Positions 18,191 to 28,559 of a stretch of 64,000 nt of DNA are shown piece after piece. A program made the translations under genes and the position numbers. How positions within the stretch are numbered: position 1 is the stretch's first letter; every line of letters begins with the position of its first letter. The stretch is from an uncultured delta proteobacterium (GTDB taxonomy: Bacteria; Myxococcota_A; Polyangia; Palsa-1104): NCBI GenBank assembly GCA_963785725.1, contig CAWAWS010000005.1:160001-224000 (forward strand), given 5' to 3'. The notes under the pieces are model-generated. The model made no database searches. It was given only the letters and a program-made list of their open reading frames with translations, and was not told the origin of the DNA.

Positions 18191-18742
18191 ATGCACGCGA
18201 ACCGGCGGCGCGCATTCGGCACGTGGGCGCTCATCGTGGCCGCCGGCTGCGGCGCCGACGGCGGTGGCGCGACCGACCTGTCGGGATCGGCCGCGCTCGA
18301 TCTCGGCGGCGGCCTGTCCGACGCGCTCGCGCCGGCAGCCGACGGCAGCGCAGCGGACGGCGGCGCGACGCCGTGCCAATGGGGCGGCGCGCCGGGCCAG
18401 TGTCTGCCATCGAGCGTGTGCGCCGCCATGGCCGACCATAGCCCGGAAGTCGGCAGCTGCCCGGGGCCGGCGAACATCCAGTGCTGCATCGTCACGCCCG
18501 CGGTCGCCGATAATCCGCCGCTGCCGGTGGGCTATCAGCTGATGGCGCAGTCGCAGGTGACGGCGGCGATGACCAGCTGGGCGGTCATGATCCTCGACGA
18601 TCCCACGGACTATCCGATGTTCGCGACCGCGCAGCAGACATTCGGGACGCAGCCGGTGCTGGCCCGCGTCGAGTGGCATCCGCCCGACTTCCAGAACAGC
18701 GTCGTGCATCGCGGCGTGACGCTGTATGTCCCGATTAGTTGA
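18191..18742 (+). CDS. Hypothetical lipoprotein with a small 6-Cys module
   Basis: Lipobox AAGC; CQWGGAPGQCLPSSVC...GSCPGPANIQCC. Confidence 0.7.
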   Translation: MHANRRRAFGTWALIVAAGCGADGGGATDLSGSAALDLGGGLSDALAPAADGSAADGGATPCQWGGAPGQCLPSSVCAAMADHSPEVGSCPGPANIQCCIVTPAVADNPPLPVGYQLMAQSQVTAAMTSWAVMILDDPTDYPMFATAQQTFGTQPVLARVEWHPPDFQNSVVHRGVTLYVPIS

Positions 18743-18752
18743 GCGCCGGCGG

Positions 18753-19775
18753 TCAGCGCGGGCGGCGGCCGCGTCGCGTGCGCTGACGCTCGTCGTCGGC
18801 GAGCTCGGCGCGCAGCCGCGTGTACTCGCTCCATCGTCGCGCCGGCAAGCGGCCGTCGGCGAGCTCGGCGCGCACCGCGCAGTCGGGCTCGCTCGCGTGC
18901 CGGCAGTCGCGGTGCGCACAGCGCTGCGCCGCGGCCAGCACGTCGGGGAACGCGTCGTCGAGCGTCTCGGCTTCGCCCGACAGGGCCAGCTCGCGGATGC
19001 CGGGACCGTCGATGATGAGCGCGCCGTTGGGCAGGCGAAACAGCTCGCGATGGGTCGTCGTGTGGCGCCCTTTGTGATCGTGCTCGCGAATCGCGCCCGT
19101 CCGCGTGATGGCATCGCCGAACAGCTGGTTGACGAGCGACGACTTGCCGACGCCGGACGGGCCCATCATCGTCGCCGTTCGGCGCGCACCGATGGCGTCG
19201 GCGACGGCGTCGGCGCCCTGTCCCGTCTGCGCGCTCAGCGTGCGCGTCAAGACGCCCGGCAGCCGCGCCTGCACCTCGGCCACATAGCTCGCCGGATCGG
19301 CGCACAGATCGGCCTTGTTGAGGACGACGATGGGCTCGATGCCGGCGGCGCGCGTGAGCGCGACGGCGCGCTCGACGAGGCCGAGGTTGAGCGCATGGTC
19401 GAGCGCCAGCACGACCAGCACGACGTCGACGTTGGCCGCCAGCGGCTGGGCGTCGGGCGCGCGACCGACGCGCCGGCGCGCCAGCAGCGTCTTGCGCGCC
19501 AGCACGTGGTCCATGAGCGCGCCTTCGGGACGCGGCGGATGCACGAGGAGCACCCAATCGCCGACGATGGGCAGCTCCGACGCCGAGGTCGCTTCATGCT
19601 TCAGCCGACCGGAGACGCTCGCCGGCATCGTCAGGCCGCCGAGGTCGACGACGAACGCGCCCTCTTGCCGCACGACGCGCGCCGGCACGTGCGTCCCGGC
19701 CGCCGGATGCAGGCGCAGGCGCTCCTCGAACGTCGCGTCCCAGCCGAGCGCCGCCAGCGGATCGTCGCCGTTCAC
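18753..19775 (-). CDS. rsgA: Ribosome small subunit-dependent GTPase A
   Basis: VGDWV, LAANVD, NKAD, GPSGVGKSS, KGRHTTT, DGPG and CAHRDCRHASEPDC zinc finger. Confidence 0.93.
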   Translation of the reverse strand: MNGDDPLAALGWDATFEERLRLHPAAGTHVPARVVRQEGAFVVDLGGLTMPASVSGRLKHEATSASELPIVGDWVLLVHPPRPEGALMDHVLARKTLLARRRVGRAPDAQPLAANVDVVLVVLALDHALNLGLVERAVALTRAAGIEPIVVLNKADLCADPASYVAEVQARLPGVLTRTLSAQTGQGADAVADAIGARRTATMMGPSGVGKSSLVNQLFGDAITRTGAIREHDHKGRHTTTHRELFRLPNGALIIDGPGIRELALSGEAETLDDAFPDVLAAAQRCAHRDCRHASEPDCAVRAELADGRLPARRWSEYTRLRAELADDERQRTRRGRRPR

Positions 19776-19898
19776 GCGCGGTGAGCCGCGGTTGGTGCCG
19801 AGGGGATGACTAGATTGACGACGTTCATGGGTCACGAGAGCAAGGCGCCGACGCGGCGCGATTGTCAACTGCCCCAAGCGGCGCAGGCGGCGGGCTGT

Positions 19899-21548
19899 TC
19901 ACTGCGAGCCAACTTCGCGCTCGATTCGCGCCAGATCATCGAGCGAGCGCTCACCCGGCCGCTCTTCGACGAGCTGGTGGATGCGTTCGAGCGTTCCCTT
20001 GAGCTGCTCGATGCGCACCGCCGCGTGGTCGACTCGGTCGAGCAGCACGGCCGCCGTCGGATGCTGCTGCCGCATCGCCGCCGCATTGCGACGCAGCGTC
20101 TGCAGCGGCACGTCCGTCAGCTCGCGGACCAAGAGCGACAGCTGCACGAAACGCTCGAGCCAATCGCGTTGCGCCCGCGTCCGCGCGACCGCGCGCGCGA
20201 GGGCCGCGTGGCGACGGCGCGCCCACAGCACCGCGGCGGCGACGGCGAGAATCGTCGCCGTCATGAACGGCTCGAGGTTGGGCATGCGCGCGTTGGTTCC
20301 GGCGGGCCAGCGCAGCGGCTGCACGATCGGCCCCAACATCGACAGGCCGAGGATCGCCGCGCCCAGCCAGCCCGACGGAGCGCTCATGGCGACGACCAGC
20401 GCCAGCACGCGGTTGGGGTTGAAGGGCACGAAATAGCCGCCGCTCGCCGCTTGCAGCTCGCTCGACAGCCAGCTGGCCAACAAGACTGCCAGCGACTGCA
20501 GCAGAATGAGGAGGAGGCTCACCCAGCGCGCCAGCCGCGGCAGCGCGAGCGTCACGCCCAGGCCGGCGAGGCCGAGCCCCGTGGCCAACATCCAGGTTCG
20601 GCGCGGATAACCACGCCACTCGGCCGTCGCGACCGAGATGAGCCCGCCCATCGCGCAGGCCCACGACATGTAGACGAGGCCGCCGCGCGCTTCGCTCCGC
20701 GGCTCGAGCTCGGCCGCGCGATGGCTGAGGTGCTGGCTCATCTCGTCGTGAATGGCGCCGACCGCGTCGAACGAGAGGCCTTCTTGGGGCCAGTCGCCGG
20801 CGGCCGCGAGCGGCGCCAACTTTTGGTCCAGCTGGCGCAGCTGCGTGATCGCGCCTTGCATATGACCCAGCGACGGACCGGCCGAGTCGAGCTCGAGGCG
20901 CAAGAGCTCCGTCGTCAGCGTGAGCGTCTGCAGCGGCGTATTCGCCAGATGGCGCACGAATCGCGACAGCCGGGCGGCGCGCTCGCTCCAGGCCCGATCG
21001 GCCATGGCCTGCGCGGCCTCCTTGCGCACGATTCGCTGGCGCTGCCGGCTGTAGCAGAGCGCGAGCGCCGTCAGGCCGATGGTCACGGTCTGCCAAGGCT
21101 CGAAGGGCGGCAAGAGCGCGCGCGACTCCGGCGACCACGCGAGCCACTGGATCAGCGGCAGAGCGGTGGTGAGCCCGACCAGCGCGACGCCGAGCCCGAG
21201 CGACGGCGCCAGGATGGCGACCATGACGACGGCGACCTTCTGCCCGCTGAACGCGGTAAATGGTCGGCCCGTCCGGCTCATCGCGGCGTTGTTGAGCCAG
21301 ACCGCTTGATTGGCGAACAAGACCGGCAGCGCGAACAGCGCCTGCATGGCGGTCGCGGGCAGCTTCCGACCCAACGTCGCGCACACGAGCACGGCGCCGC
21401 TGACGGTCGCGGCCACTTCCCACGGCCGCGTCGGGTAGCCCTTGACCCACAACACGACCGAGCAGAGCGCGCCGCCGAAGACGCAGATGCCGGCGAGATA
21501 AATCGTCGCGCGGCGTCGCTCGGCGTCCGACGCGTCGGGACCGTTCAC
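19899..21548 (-). CDS. Polytopic membrane protein made of two homologous halves, each ending in a HisKA/DHp-like segment; no HATPase domain
   Basis: Paired motifs GYPTRPW/GYPRRTW, FEPWQT/LEPFMT and RHLANTPLQTL/RELTDVPLQTL. Confidence 0.7.
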   Translation of the reverse strand: MNGPDASDAERRRATIYLAGICVFGGALCSVVLWVKGYPTRPWEVAATVSGAVLVCATLGRKLPATAMQALFALPVLFANQAVWLNNAAMSRTGRPFTAFSGQKVAVVMVAILAPSLGLGVALVGLTTALPLIQWLAWSPESRALLPPFEPWQTVTIGLTALALCYSRQRQRIVRKEAAQAMADRAWSERAARLSRFVRHLANTPLQTLTLTTELLRLELDSAGPSLGHMQGAITQLRQLDQKLAPLAAAGDWPQEGLSFDAVGAIHDEMSQHLSHRAAELEPRSEARGGLVYMSWACAMGGLISVATAEWRGYPRRTWMLATGLGLAGLGVTLALPRLARWVSLLLILLQSLAVLLASWLSSELQAASGGYFVPFNPNRVLALVVAMSAPSGWLGAAILGLSMLGPIVQPLRWPAGTNARMPNLEPFMTATILAVAAAVLWARRRHAALARAVARTRAQRDWLERFVQLSLLVRELTDVPLQTLRRNAAAMRQQHPTAAVLLDRVDHAAVRIEQLKGTLERIHQLVEERPGERSLDDLARIEREVGSQ

Positions 21549-21940
21549 GGAGCGCGGTTGGATTCCGCCGGCGCCGCTTGGAACAGGCGACGGAACGCAT
21601 CGAGCTCGATCGGCTTGCGCAGGCTCTCGATGCCGCCGAGCTGCGAGACGCGCCGGACCAGCGGATGATCGCCGGCGTGACCGGTGAGGAACACGATGCG
21701 ACCTGCAAAGCCCGCCGCGACGAGCAGCTCGTAGGCATCGAGACCACTCGGCTGATTGGCGCCGAGGTGAATGTCGAGGATGGCCAGCGCGCAGCCGAGC
21801 GCTGCCTCGCGTTGGCTGCGCAATTCGGCGACGTTCCGCAGCTTGAGTGAAGGGCGGCCACTGACGAGCCGGACGGTGTCGGCGAGCGTGTCGAGCAGGT
21901 CCTGATCGTCGTCGAGCAGCAACACGCCTTCAGCCGCCAT
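21545..21940 (-). CDS. Single-domain response regulator (receiver)
   Basis: LLLDDD, ILDIHLG, FLTGH and LRKP receiver motifs; 4-bp overlap with the downstream membrane gene. Confidence 0.88.
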   Translation of the reverse strand: MAAEGVLLLDDDQDLLDTLADTVRLVSGRPSLKLRNVAELRSQREAALGCALAILDIHLGANQPSGLDAYELLVAAGFAGRIVFLTGHAGDHPLVRRVSQLGGIESLRKPIELDAFRRLFQAAPAESNRAP

Positions 21941-22151
21941 TGGCCCGCCTCCCCCGATGAACAGTCGCCCGCTCGGTCAGTTTCGCCGATTCCCCAGGGA
22001 AAGCAATAAGGCGCGCGCCCGAGAGGCGAAGCTCGCCGGACGATATGACGGGGTCTCGCCGCAATAAACCGGCGCTCACGGCGAGCTGGGTCACACGATT
22101 GCGCGGCTCGTGCGGCAAGATCGAGCTGGTCTCTCGTGCGTTCCTCTATCC

Positions 22152-23246
22152 ATGGATGATTCGTCGATGAGCGCCTCTTGCCATGCTCGGCCGCGAACCC
22201 GCTGGCGCGCGCTGCGGCGACTGCCGTGGCTCGGCGTCGGGCTCGTCGTCGCCGGGATCGGCCTGCGCGACGCCGCCGCCGACGTCAGCGTGCCGCGCGA
22301 CGGCCACGCCGCCGACAGCCACGCGCGCGACGACCATGCCCTCGACGGCTGCGCCGGTCCAAGCGGCGCCAAGCGTCCGGGCTGCGCCGGTGTCGGCGTC
22401 ATCAAAGCGGCCAAGCCGACCGCCGCGTTCGTCTGCGGCGAGACGTACGGCCGCGGCCGCGTCGTCAGCGGCGTCAGCGACAGCGGCGTGCAAGAGGCGC
22501 TCCTCGGCGCGTCGGCGAGCGGCGCCACCCTCCTTTACCTGCGCGGCCCCAGCCACGCCTGCGTCGGCGGCCCGGGCTACGGCACCGCGTTGCTGGTCGC
22601 CGATCGCGTGGACGACAGCGGGAGCGCCTATACCATCACCGACGTGACGGGGCTGCCGGCGTTCGCGCGCTTCACCCGCCGCGAGGCCACGATGACCGTG
22701 AGCCCCGACGGCACCGGCGTCATCGGCGCCGCCACCAGCGGCGACGGCTTCCTCGTCTCCATCCGCAGCGGCAGCGACGGCACCGACTTCGGCACGCCCT
22801 CGGCCGGCCCATTTGCGACGATCAATGCCGCGCTGCCCAAGCCGGCGTGGGTCGGCTGGCCCGTCCTGTCCGCAGACGGCCTCGCGTTTTATTACAAGAT
22901 CCAAGACAGCGGCGACTCCGCCCGCGACGGCATCTACGAATCGGTACGCGGCAGTACCAGCGCTGCTTTTCCCGCCGGAACACGCATGCCGGAGCTGGTG
23001 CAAAAATGGGGCAGCGTCACCGGCGTCGCCCCCGATCATTTGACGCTGTACGTGACGCGCGACTTCGGCACCTGGCAGCTGACGCGCGCGTCGACGAGCG
23101 AGCCGTTCGCGGAGCACGCCACCGGCGTCTCGCCGACGTCGGCTTACCGCGTCTCGCCCGTCGGCGGCTGCCGGCTCATCGGCACCTGCGAGCCGGGCGG
23201 CTGCTGGCGCGAGGACATCTGCGTCTGGAGCGCCACCGCCAAGTAA
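22152..23246 (+). CDS. Hypothetical secreted protein with PD40/TolB-like repeats
   Basis: Signal-like segment; VSPDG, PVLSADGLAFYY and VAPDHLTLYV repeats; start uncertain. Confidence 0.6.
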   Translation: MDDSSMSASCHARPRTRWRALRRLPWLGVGLVVAGIGLRDAAADVSVPRDGHAADSHARDDHALDGCAGPSGAKRPGCAGVGVIKAAKPTAAFVCGETYGRGRVVSGVSDSGVQEALLGASASGATLLYLRGPSHACVGGPGYGTALLVADRVDDSGSAYTITDVTGLPAFARFTRREATMTVSPDGTGVIGAATSGDGFLVSIRSGSDGTDFGTPSAGPFATINAALPKPAWVGWPVLSADGLAFYYKIQDSGDSARDGIYESVRGSTSAAFPAGTRMPELVQKWGSVTGVAPDHLTLYVTRDFGTWQLTRASTSEPFAEHATGVSPTSAYRVSPVGGCRLIGTCEPGGCWREDICVWSATAK

Positions 23247-23474
23247 TCGCGCGCCCGGTCAGTGCCGTCGTGCGCTGCAATAGGCGACGCTCTCGGTAAG
23301 CGACGGTGCGTGCAGTCCCTGGTTTGCCAATCGACCCGCTCTGGCCGCGGCGCCTTTGCTCGTCGCCGTCGCGGCGCTCGTCTTCACTTGCGAATCGGGC
23401 CGTTCGGCCCACATCCGCCATCAGGAGCCGATGCGAGCTTCCGTCGCGCGCATTTTCGCTCACAGGAGGCGCCC

Positions 23475-24174
23475 ATGGGCACGAACATACTGATGGTGCT
23501 GACCTCGCACGACCAATTGGGGGATACCGGACAAAGGACCGGCTTTTGGCTGGAGGAGTTCGCCGCTCCGTACTTCGTGTTCCGCGATGCGGGGGTCCAT
23601 TTGACGCTGGCCTCGCCGCGAGGCGGGCAGCCGCCGCTCGATCCGCAGAGCGACGGGCCCGAGAATTGGAGCCTGGCCACGGCGCGCTTCAAAAAGGATG
23701 ACGCCGCGAAAAAGGCGCTCGCCCACACGCGCCGGCTCGCCGACCTCGACCCCGGAGATTACGACACCGTCTTCTACGTCGGCGGCCACGGCCCGATGTG
23801 GGATTCTGGTCGACAATCCGGTCTCCATCTGTTTGATCGAGTCCATTTACAATTCCGGTAAGCCGGTGGCCGCCGTTTGTCATTCGCCGGCCGTGTTCCA
23901 TCGCGTCAAATACCGGGGCGTGCCGCTCGTGCAGGGCAAGCGGGTCACCGGCTTCACCAACGGCGAGGAGGAGACCTCCCATCTGACGCGCGTGGTGCCG
24001 TTCTTGGTCGAGGACGAGCTCAAGCGAGTGGGCGCGCGCTACGAGAAAGCGCCCGATTGGAAGAGCTTCTCGATCATCGACGGCCGGCTCATCACCGGCC
24101 AAAACGCCGCCTCGTCGACCGCCGCCGCCCAATCGCTGCTGCAGGTCCTCGGCGACCATCCGATGGTGGGATGA
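23475..24174 (+). CDS. DJ-1/PfpI (type 1 glutamine amidotransferase-like, Hsp31-like) protein; +1 frameshift near 23804
   Basis: ILMVLTSHD...TGFWLEEFAAPY...GGHGPMWD continues in another frame as LVDNP...AAVCHSP...LITGQNAAS; extra T in GGATTC. Confidence 0.88.
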
Positions 24175-24445
24175 CCGCAGTCGCTGGCCACGGCGAGACC
24201 GAGCGCGCCGCCGATAGTCGCGACGCCGGTCGCCGCGGCTGAAGCGCCGTTTGCCCCACGTCGATGAAATTCCTCGGTCGCGGCCAGCTCGATAGCCTGC
24301 CGCCGGCGCTCATCGCGCCCTCCATCACGACAAAAATGCGCGAAGCGGTCACATTCGTGCGGCGCCATCCGTCATAGGGGTGAAGCGGGCGGGGTTTGGT
24401 GATAGCTCTCAGCTACGCCCCGTCGGTGAGGAACGAGGAGATCGG

Positions 24446-25336
24446 ATGCCCGAGAACGACTGGCTGGCCAAGCGCTTCGACGAGAGCCGGTCGCGGCTGG
24501 AGGCGGTCGCCTACCGGATGCTGGGCTCGGCCAGCGAGGCCGAGGACGCCGTGCAAGAGGCCTGGCTGAAGCTGAGCCGCGCCGACACGCGCGAGGTCGA
24601 GAACTTAGGCGGCTGGTTGACGACCGTCGTCGCGCGCGTCTGTCTCGACGCGCTGCGCGCACGCAAGTCGCGGCGCGAGGAGACGCTCGGGCAGGTGGCC
24701 GAGGTCGAAGCCGGCAGCACGCCCGAGAACGAGGTCGGGTTGGCGGATGCGATCGGCCCTGCCCTGCTCGTCGTCTTGGACCTGCTGGCGCCCGCCGAGC
24801 GCGTCGCGTTCGTGCTGCACGACATGTTCGATCTGTCGTTCGACGAGATCGCGCCCATCGTCAGTCGCACGCCGGAAGCGGCGCGGCAGCTCGCCAGTCG
24901 CGCGCGGCGTCGCGTGCGCGGCTCGGCGGCGCCGGCCGCCGACGTGGCGCGGCATCGAGCGCTGGTGGGCGCGTTCCTGGCGGCGTCGCGCGACGGCAAC
25001 TTCGAGCGGCTGGTCGCCGTCCTCTCGCCCGACGTCGTGCTGCGCGCCGACGCGCCGGCGGTACGGATGGCCGCCGCGAATCAGGGACACGGCGCGCCCA
25101 GCCTGGCGCCCGAGGCGCGCGGCGCCGAGCGGGTCGCCGACGCGTTCAAAGGGCGCGCGCGGGCCGCGTTGCCCGCGCTCATCGACGGCCACGCCGGCGC
25201 GGTCTGGCTCGGCGGCGGACAGGTGCGCGCCGCGTTCGCCTTTACGATCGAAGACGGCGAGCACGGCAAGATCACCGCCATCGACGTCATCATGGAGCCG
25301 ACGCAGCTGGCCCGGTTCGCCATCGAGCTCGATTAG
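24446..25336 (+). CDS. ECF sigma factor with C-terminal SnoaL-like domain (ECF41/SigJ-like)
   Basis: AYRMLGSASEAEDAVQEAWL, AFVLHDMF, RQLASRARRRV, then FLAASRDG...PDVVLRAD. Confidence 0.9.
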   Translation: MPENDWLAKRFDESRSRLEAVAYRMLGSASEAEDAVQEAWLKLSRADTREVENLGGWLTTVVARVCLDALRARKSRREETLGQVAEVEAGSTPENEVGLADAIGPALLVVLDLLAPAERVAFVLHDMFDLSFDEIAPIVSRTPEAARQLASRARRRVRGSAAPAADVARHRALVGAFLAASRDGNFERLVAVLSPDVVLRADAPAVRMAAANQGHGAPSLAPEARGAERVADAFKGRARAALPALIDGHAGAVWLGGGQVRAAFAFTIEDGEHGKITAIDVIMEPTQLARFAIELD

Positions 25337-25448
25337 CGGCTCACGACAAACGAGGCCGGCGACGCTCGCGCGCCGAGCGCGCCACGCAGCTGCGAGATGG
25401 CCTCCCACGGCGCACGCAACACGACGACGACACGACGGAGGGAACGCA

Positions 25449-25838
25449 ATGAAGATCAAATGGACGACCGTGTATGTGAACGATCAGGACAAGGCGCTGC
25501 GGTTTTATACCGACGTCCTCGGCTTCCAGAAGAAGGCCGATTTTTCGCAGGGCCCGTATCGCTGGCTGACGCTGACGTCGGCGGAAGATCCGAACGGCGT
25601 CGAGCTCGTGCTGGAGTCGATCGGCAATCCGGCGGGGAAAGCGTATCAGGAGGCGCTGTACGGGCAGCAGATGCGGGCGGCGCAGTTCCTCGTCAGCGAC
25701 GTTCAGGCGGAGCACGATCGGCTGGCGGCCAAAGGCGTGAAGTTCACGATGCCGGTCACGAAAGTCACCGGCTCGGTGATCGCGGTGCTCGATGACACCT
25801 GCGGGAATTTGATTCAGCTCGTTCAGCTGGCCTGGTGA
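25449..25838 (+). CDS. VOC family protein
   Basis: VYVNDQDKALRFYTDVLGF...DDTCGNLIQL; GGAGG RBS. Confidence 0.92.
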   Translation: MKIKWTTVYVNDQDKALRFYTDVLGFQKKADFSQGPYRWLTLTSAEDPNGVELVLESIGNPAGKAYQEALYGQQMRAAQFLVSDVQAEHDRLAAKGVKFTMPVTKVTGSVIAVLDDTCGNLIQLVQLAW

Positions 25839-25977
25839 GCGCGCGACGGCCGCGGCCCGTGCCACTTGGACTGCGGCTGTGGCCACCTCCTGCACGGCAG
25901 CGCTCGCGCGACGTCCTCCGCGCTATGCTGCGGCGGCTGGCATCAGGCTGGCCGGCGCAACGGAGGATGGAGAGAAC

Positions 25978-26394
25978 ATGAAGCCGACAAGTCGTCCCGA
26001 CGGCGATGCCGCCGCGGCGAACATCACGAAGCGGATCGAGGAGCTCGGCGATTGGCGCGGCGAGACGCTGGCGCAGGCCCGTCGGCTCATCCACGCGGCC
26101 GAGCCGGCAATCGTCGAGGAGTGGAAGTGGCGCGGCGTCCCCGTCTGGTCGCATGACGGCATCGTGTGCACCGGGGAATCGTACAAAGAGGTCGTGAAGC
26201 TCACGTTCGCGCGCGGCGCTGCCCTCGCCGATCCGAAGAAGCTGTTCAATTCGAGCCTGGAGGGCAACACGCGGCGGGCGATCGACTACCGCGAGGGCGA
26301 CAAGATCGACGAAGCGGCCTTCAAGCAGCTCGTGCGCGCGGCCGTGGCGGCCAACGCGGCGGCGCGGCCCGCCAAGCCGACGAAGAAGAAGTGA
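25978..26394 (+). CDS. DUF1801 domain protein
   Basis: DWRGETL...EEWKWRGVPVWSHDGIVCTGE...GNTRRAID. Confidence 0.88.
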   Translation: MKPTSRPDGDAAAANITKRIEELGDWRGETLAQARRLIHAAEPAIVEEWKWRGVPVWSHDGIVCTGESYKEVVKLTFARGAALADPKKLFNSSLEGNTRRAIDYREGDKIDEAAFKQLVRAAVAANAAARPAKPTKKK

Positions 26395-26546
26395 GCCGAC
26401 CGGCGCGGTTGGCGTTTGGGGTACACGTCGGCGCTTCGCGCGTGCGGCCGGAATAAACCTTCCACAGACTTGCCCGACTCCAAGCTGGCCGGTGCGTCGG
26501 AGCGGGGCCGCGCGCGCCCACCGGGCGCACGCCGCGGCCCCGCCAA

Positions 26547-26670
26547 TCGTCAACCGCCCGCCAAGCCGCGCTCGTCAACCGCTCGCCAATTCACGCTCGT
26601 CAACCGCTCGCCAATTCACGCTCGTCAACCGCCCGCCCATTCGCGCTCGTCAACCGCCGGCGAATCCGCG
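26547..26670. repeat. Intergenic tandem repeat, 5 x 25 bp (TCGTCAACCGCYCGCCAATTCRCGC consensus)
   Basis: TCGTCAACCGC recurs every 25 bp and copies 2 and 3 are identical; lies between convergent genes. Confidence 0.9.
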
Positions 26671-26683
26671 TCGGGCGCGCCGC

Positions 26684-28477
26684 TCAGCCCTTCTTGGCCA
26701 GCTGCAGGTCGATCCACGCCTTGACCCGCGACTCCAACACGTCGAGCGGCAACGCGCCGCCGCCGAGCACGACGTCGTGAAAGCCGCGCACGTCGAACCG
26801 CGCGCCCAGCCGCGTCTCCGCCAGCGTCCGCAGCTCGCGAATCTTCAGCTGCCCGATCTTATAAGCCAGCGCCTGTCCCGGCCAGACGATATAGCGGTCG
26901 ACCTCGACCTCGATATCGTGCTGCGGCCGCGCCGCGTGCGAGCGGAAATAGTCGATCGCCTGCTCGCGCGTCCACCCTTTGGAATGAATCCCGGTATCGA
27001 CCACCAAGCGAATCGCGCGCCACATCTCGAACGTCAATTGCCCGATCTTCGCATAAGGATCGGTATACAGCCCGAGCTCGCCGCCCAACGACTCGGCATA
27101 CAGTCCCCAGCCTTCGACGAACGCCGTATAGCCGCCGTTCTGCCGGAACTTGGGCAGCTCGCCCTGCTCTTGTCCCAACGCGATCTGCAGATGATGACCC
27201 GGCACCGCTTCATGCAAGACGAGCGCTTCCATCTCCCATTTCATTCGCGACTTCAAATCATAACAATTGGCATAGAAGATTCCGGCGCGACCGACATCGG
27301 GCGAGCCGGCATTGTAATAAGCGGCCGTCTGCGTCTTCTCATTCTCAGCCGGCACCGCGTCGACGCCGTAGGTGAGGCGCGGCAACTTGCCGAAGAGATG
27401 CGGCAGCTGCGGATCGACGCGCTTGGCGATGTCGCGATAACCAATCAACAACGACTGGCGATCGCCATAGACGAACTTCGGATCGCTGCGCAGATATTTG
27501 AAGAAGTCGGGCATCGTGCCTTTGAAGCCGGTGGCGCGCATCGCCTTGTCGAGCTCGCCGCCGATCCGCGCCACTTCGTCGAGCCCGATCTGATGGATGC
27601 GCTCGGGCGGCAGCTCGGTCGTCGTCGAGGCGCGCGCGTTGAACGCGTACCACGCGGCGCCGTCGGGGAGCGCCGACAGGCCGATCGTCTGCCGCGCGTG
27701 CGGCACGTATTCGCCGACGACGTAGCTGCGCAGCTGCTTGAGCGCCGGCATGACCTTGTCGGCCAGCACCTGCTTGGCCGCCGCTTGCAGTCGCTGCTGC
27801 TCGGCCGGCGCGATGCTGTCCGGCAGATGCGCGAACTCGATCTGATAGAGCGGCGTCTTCGTCACGTCATCGTTGATCTGATTGCCGATGAGCTCGCCGA
27901 GGCTCACCAAGGTCACCTTCGGCGGCGTCAAGCCCTTGGCCAAGCCGCGCTTCATGAGCGCCGTCGTCTGCTCGATGAGCCTCGGATAGAGCGCCAATCG
28001 CTTGAGGAAGCTCTCGTAGTCGCCGACGTTGCGATGCGGCGCCGCGCGGGCCAGCTCGCTCAGCCAATTGTAGACGCCGCCCATCTGCGTGATCGGCATC
28101 AGCTCGTCGGGAAAGCGCGCGCCTTCGACGTCGAGCTTGGCATTGCGCAAGAACAGATCGTAGTTGAGCTGATCGGCGGCGCTCAGCTTGGCGCGCGCGA
28201 TCTTCTGAATGCGCGGCACGAGCTCGCGCGCATGCCGCCGCCGCCGCTCGATCGCTTCGGGCGAGACATCGTCCAGCTTGTCGTCGTAACGCGGATCGCC
28301 GAGATAAGTGGCGCTGGTCGGCGACTCGCGCAGGCCATATTCCCACTCGTCATCGAGCAGCTGGTGAAAGCGGCGGCCTTCGGGATCGGCCGGCGCCGCC
28401 TGGGCGCGACCGGCGAACGGCAGCGCGGCGACGGACCACACGACCCACGCGACTACGAACGAGCGACTTCGGCGCAT
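26684..28477 (-). CDS. DUF885 family secreted protein (metallopeptidase-like)
   Basis: Signal peptide; HEAVPGHHLQ, AFVEGWGLYAE, RAIRLVVDTGIH and PGQALAYKIG motifs. Confidence 0.93.
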   Translation of the reverse strand: MRRSRSFVVAWVVWSVAALPFAGRAQAAPADPEGRRFHQLLDDEWEYGLRESPTSATYLGDPRYDDKLDDVSPEAIERRRRHARELVPRIQKIARAKLSAADQLNYDLFLRNAKLDVEGARFPDELMPITQMGGVYNWLSELARAAPHRNVGDYESFLKRLALYPRLIEQTTALMKRGLAKGLTPPKVTLVSLGELIGNQINDDVTKTPLYQIEFAHLPDSIAPAEQQRLQAAAKQVLADKVMPALKQLRSYVVGEYVPHARQTIGLSALPDGAAWYAFNARASTTTELPPERIHQIGLDEVARIGGELDKAMRATGFKGTMPDFFKYLRSDPKFVYGDRQSLLIGYRDIAKRVDPQLPHLFGKLPRLTYGVDAVPAENEKTQTAAYYNAGSPDVGRAGIFYANCYDLKSRMKWEMEALVLHEAVPGHHLQIALGQEQGELPKFRQNGGYTAFVEGWGLYAESLGGELGLYTDPYAKIGQLTFEMWRAIRLVVDTGIHSKGWTREQAIDYFRSHAARPQHDIEVEVDRYIVWPGQALAYKIGQLKIRELRTLAETRLGARFDVRGFHDVVLGGGALPLDVLESRVKAWIDLQLAKKG

Positions 28478-28559
28478 GAGGAACGGCATAACACGTCAGG
28501 TCCGCTCGCGTCATCGCCCGGCGCTGGAGTCGCGGCCGGTTTTGTCGCTACAATGGCCA

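Noticed and set aside
26547..26670. 25-bp repeats as a mini CRISPR array
   Set aside because: The period is too short, the intervening sequences are homologous rather than unique spacers, and there are no cas genes.
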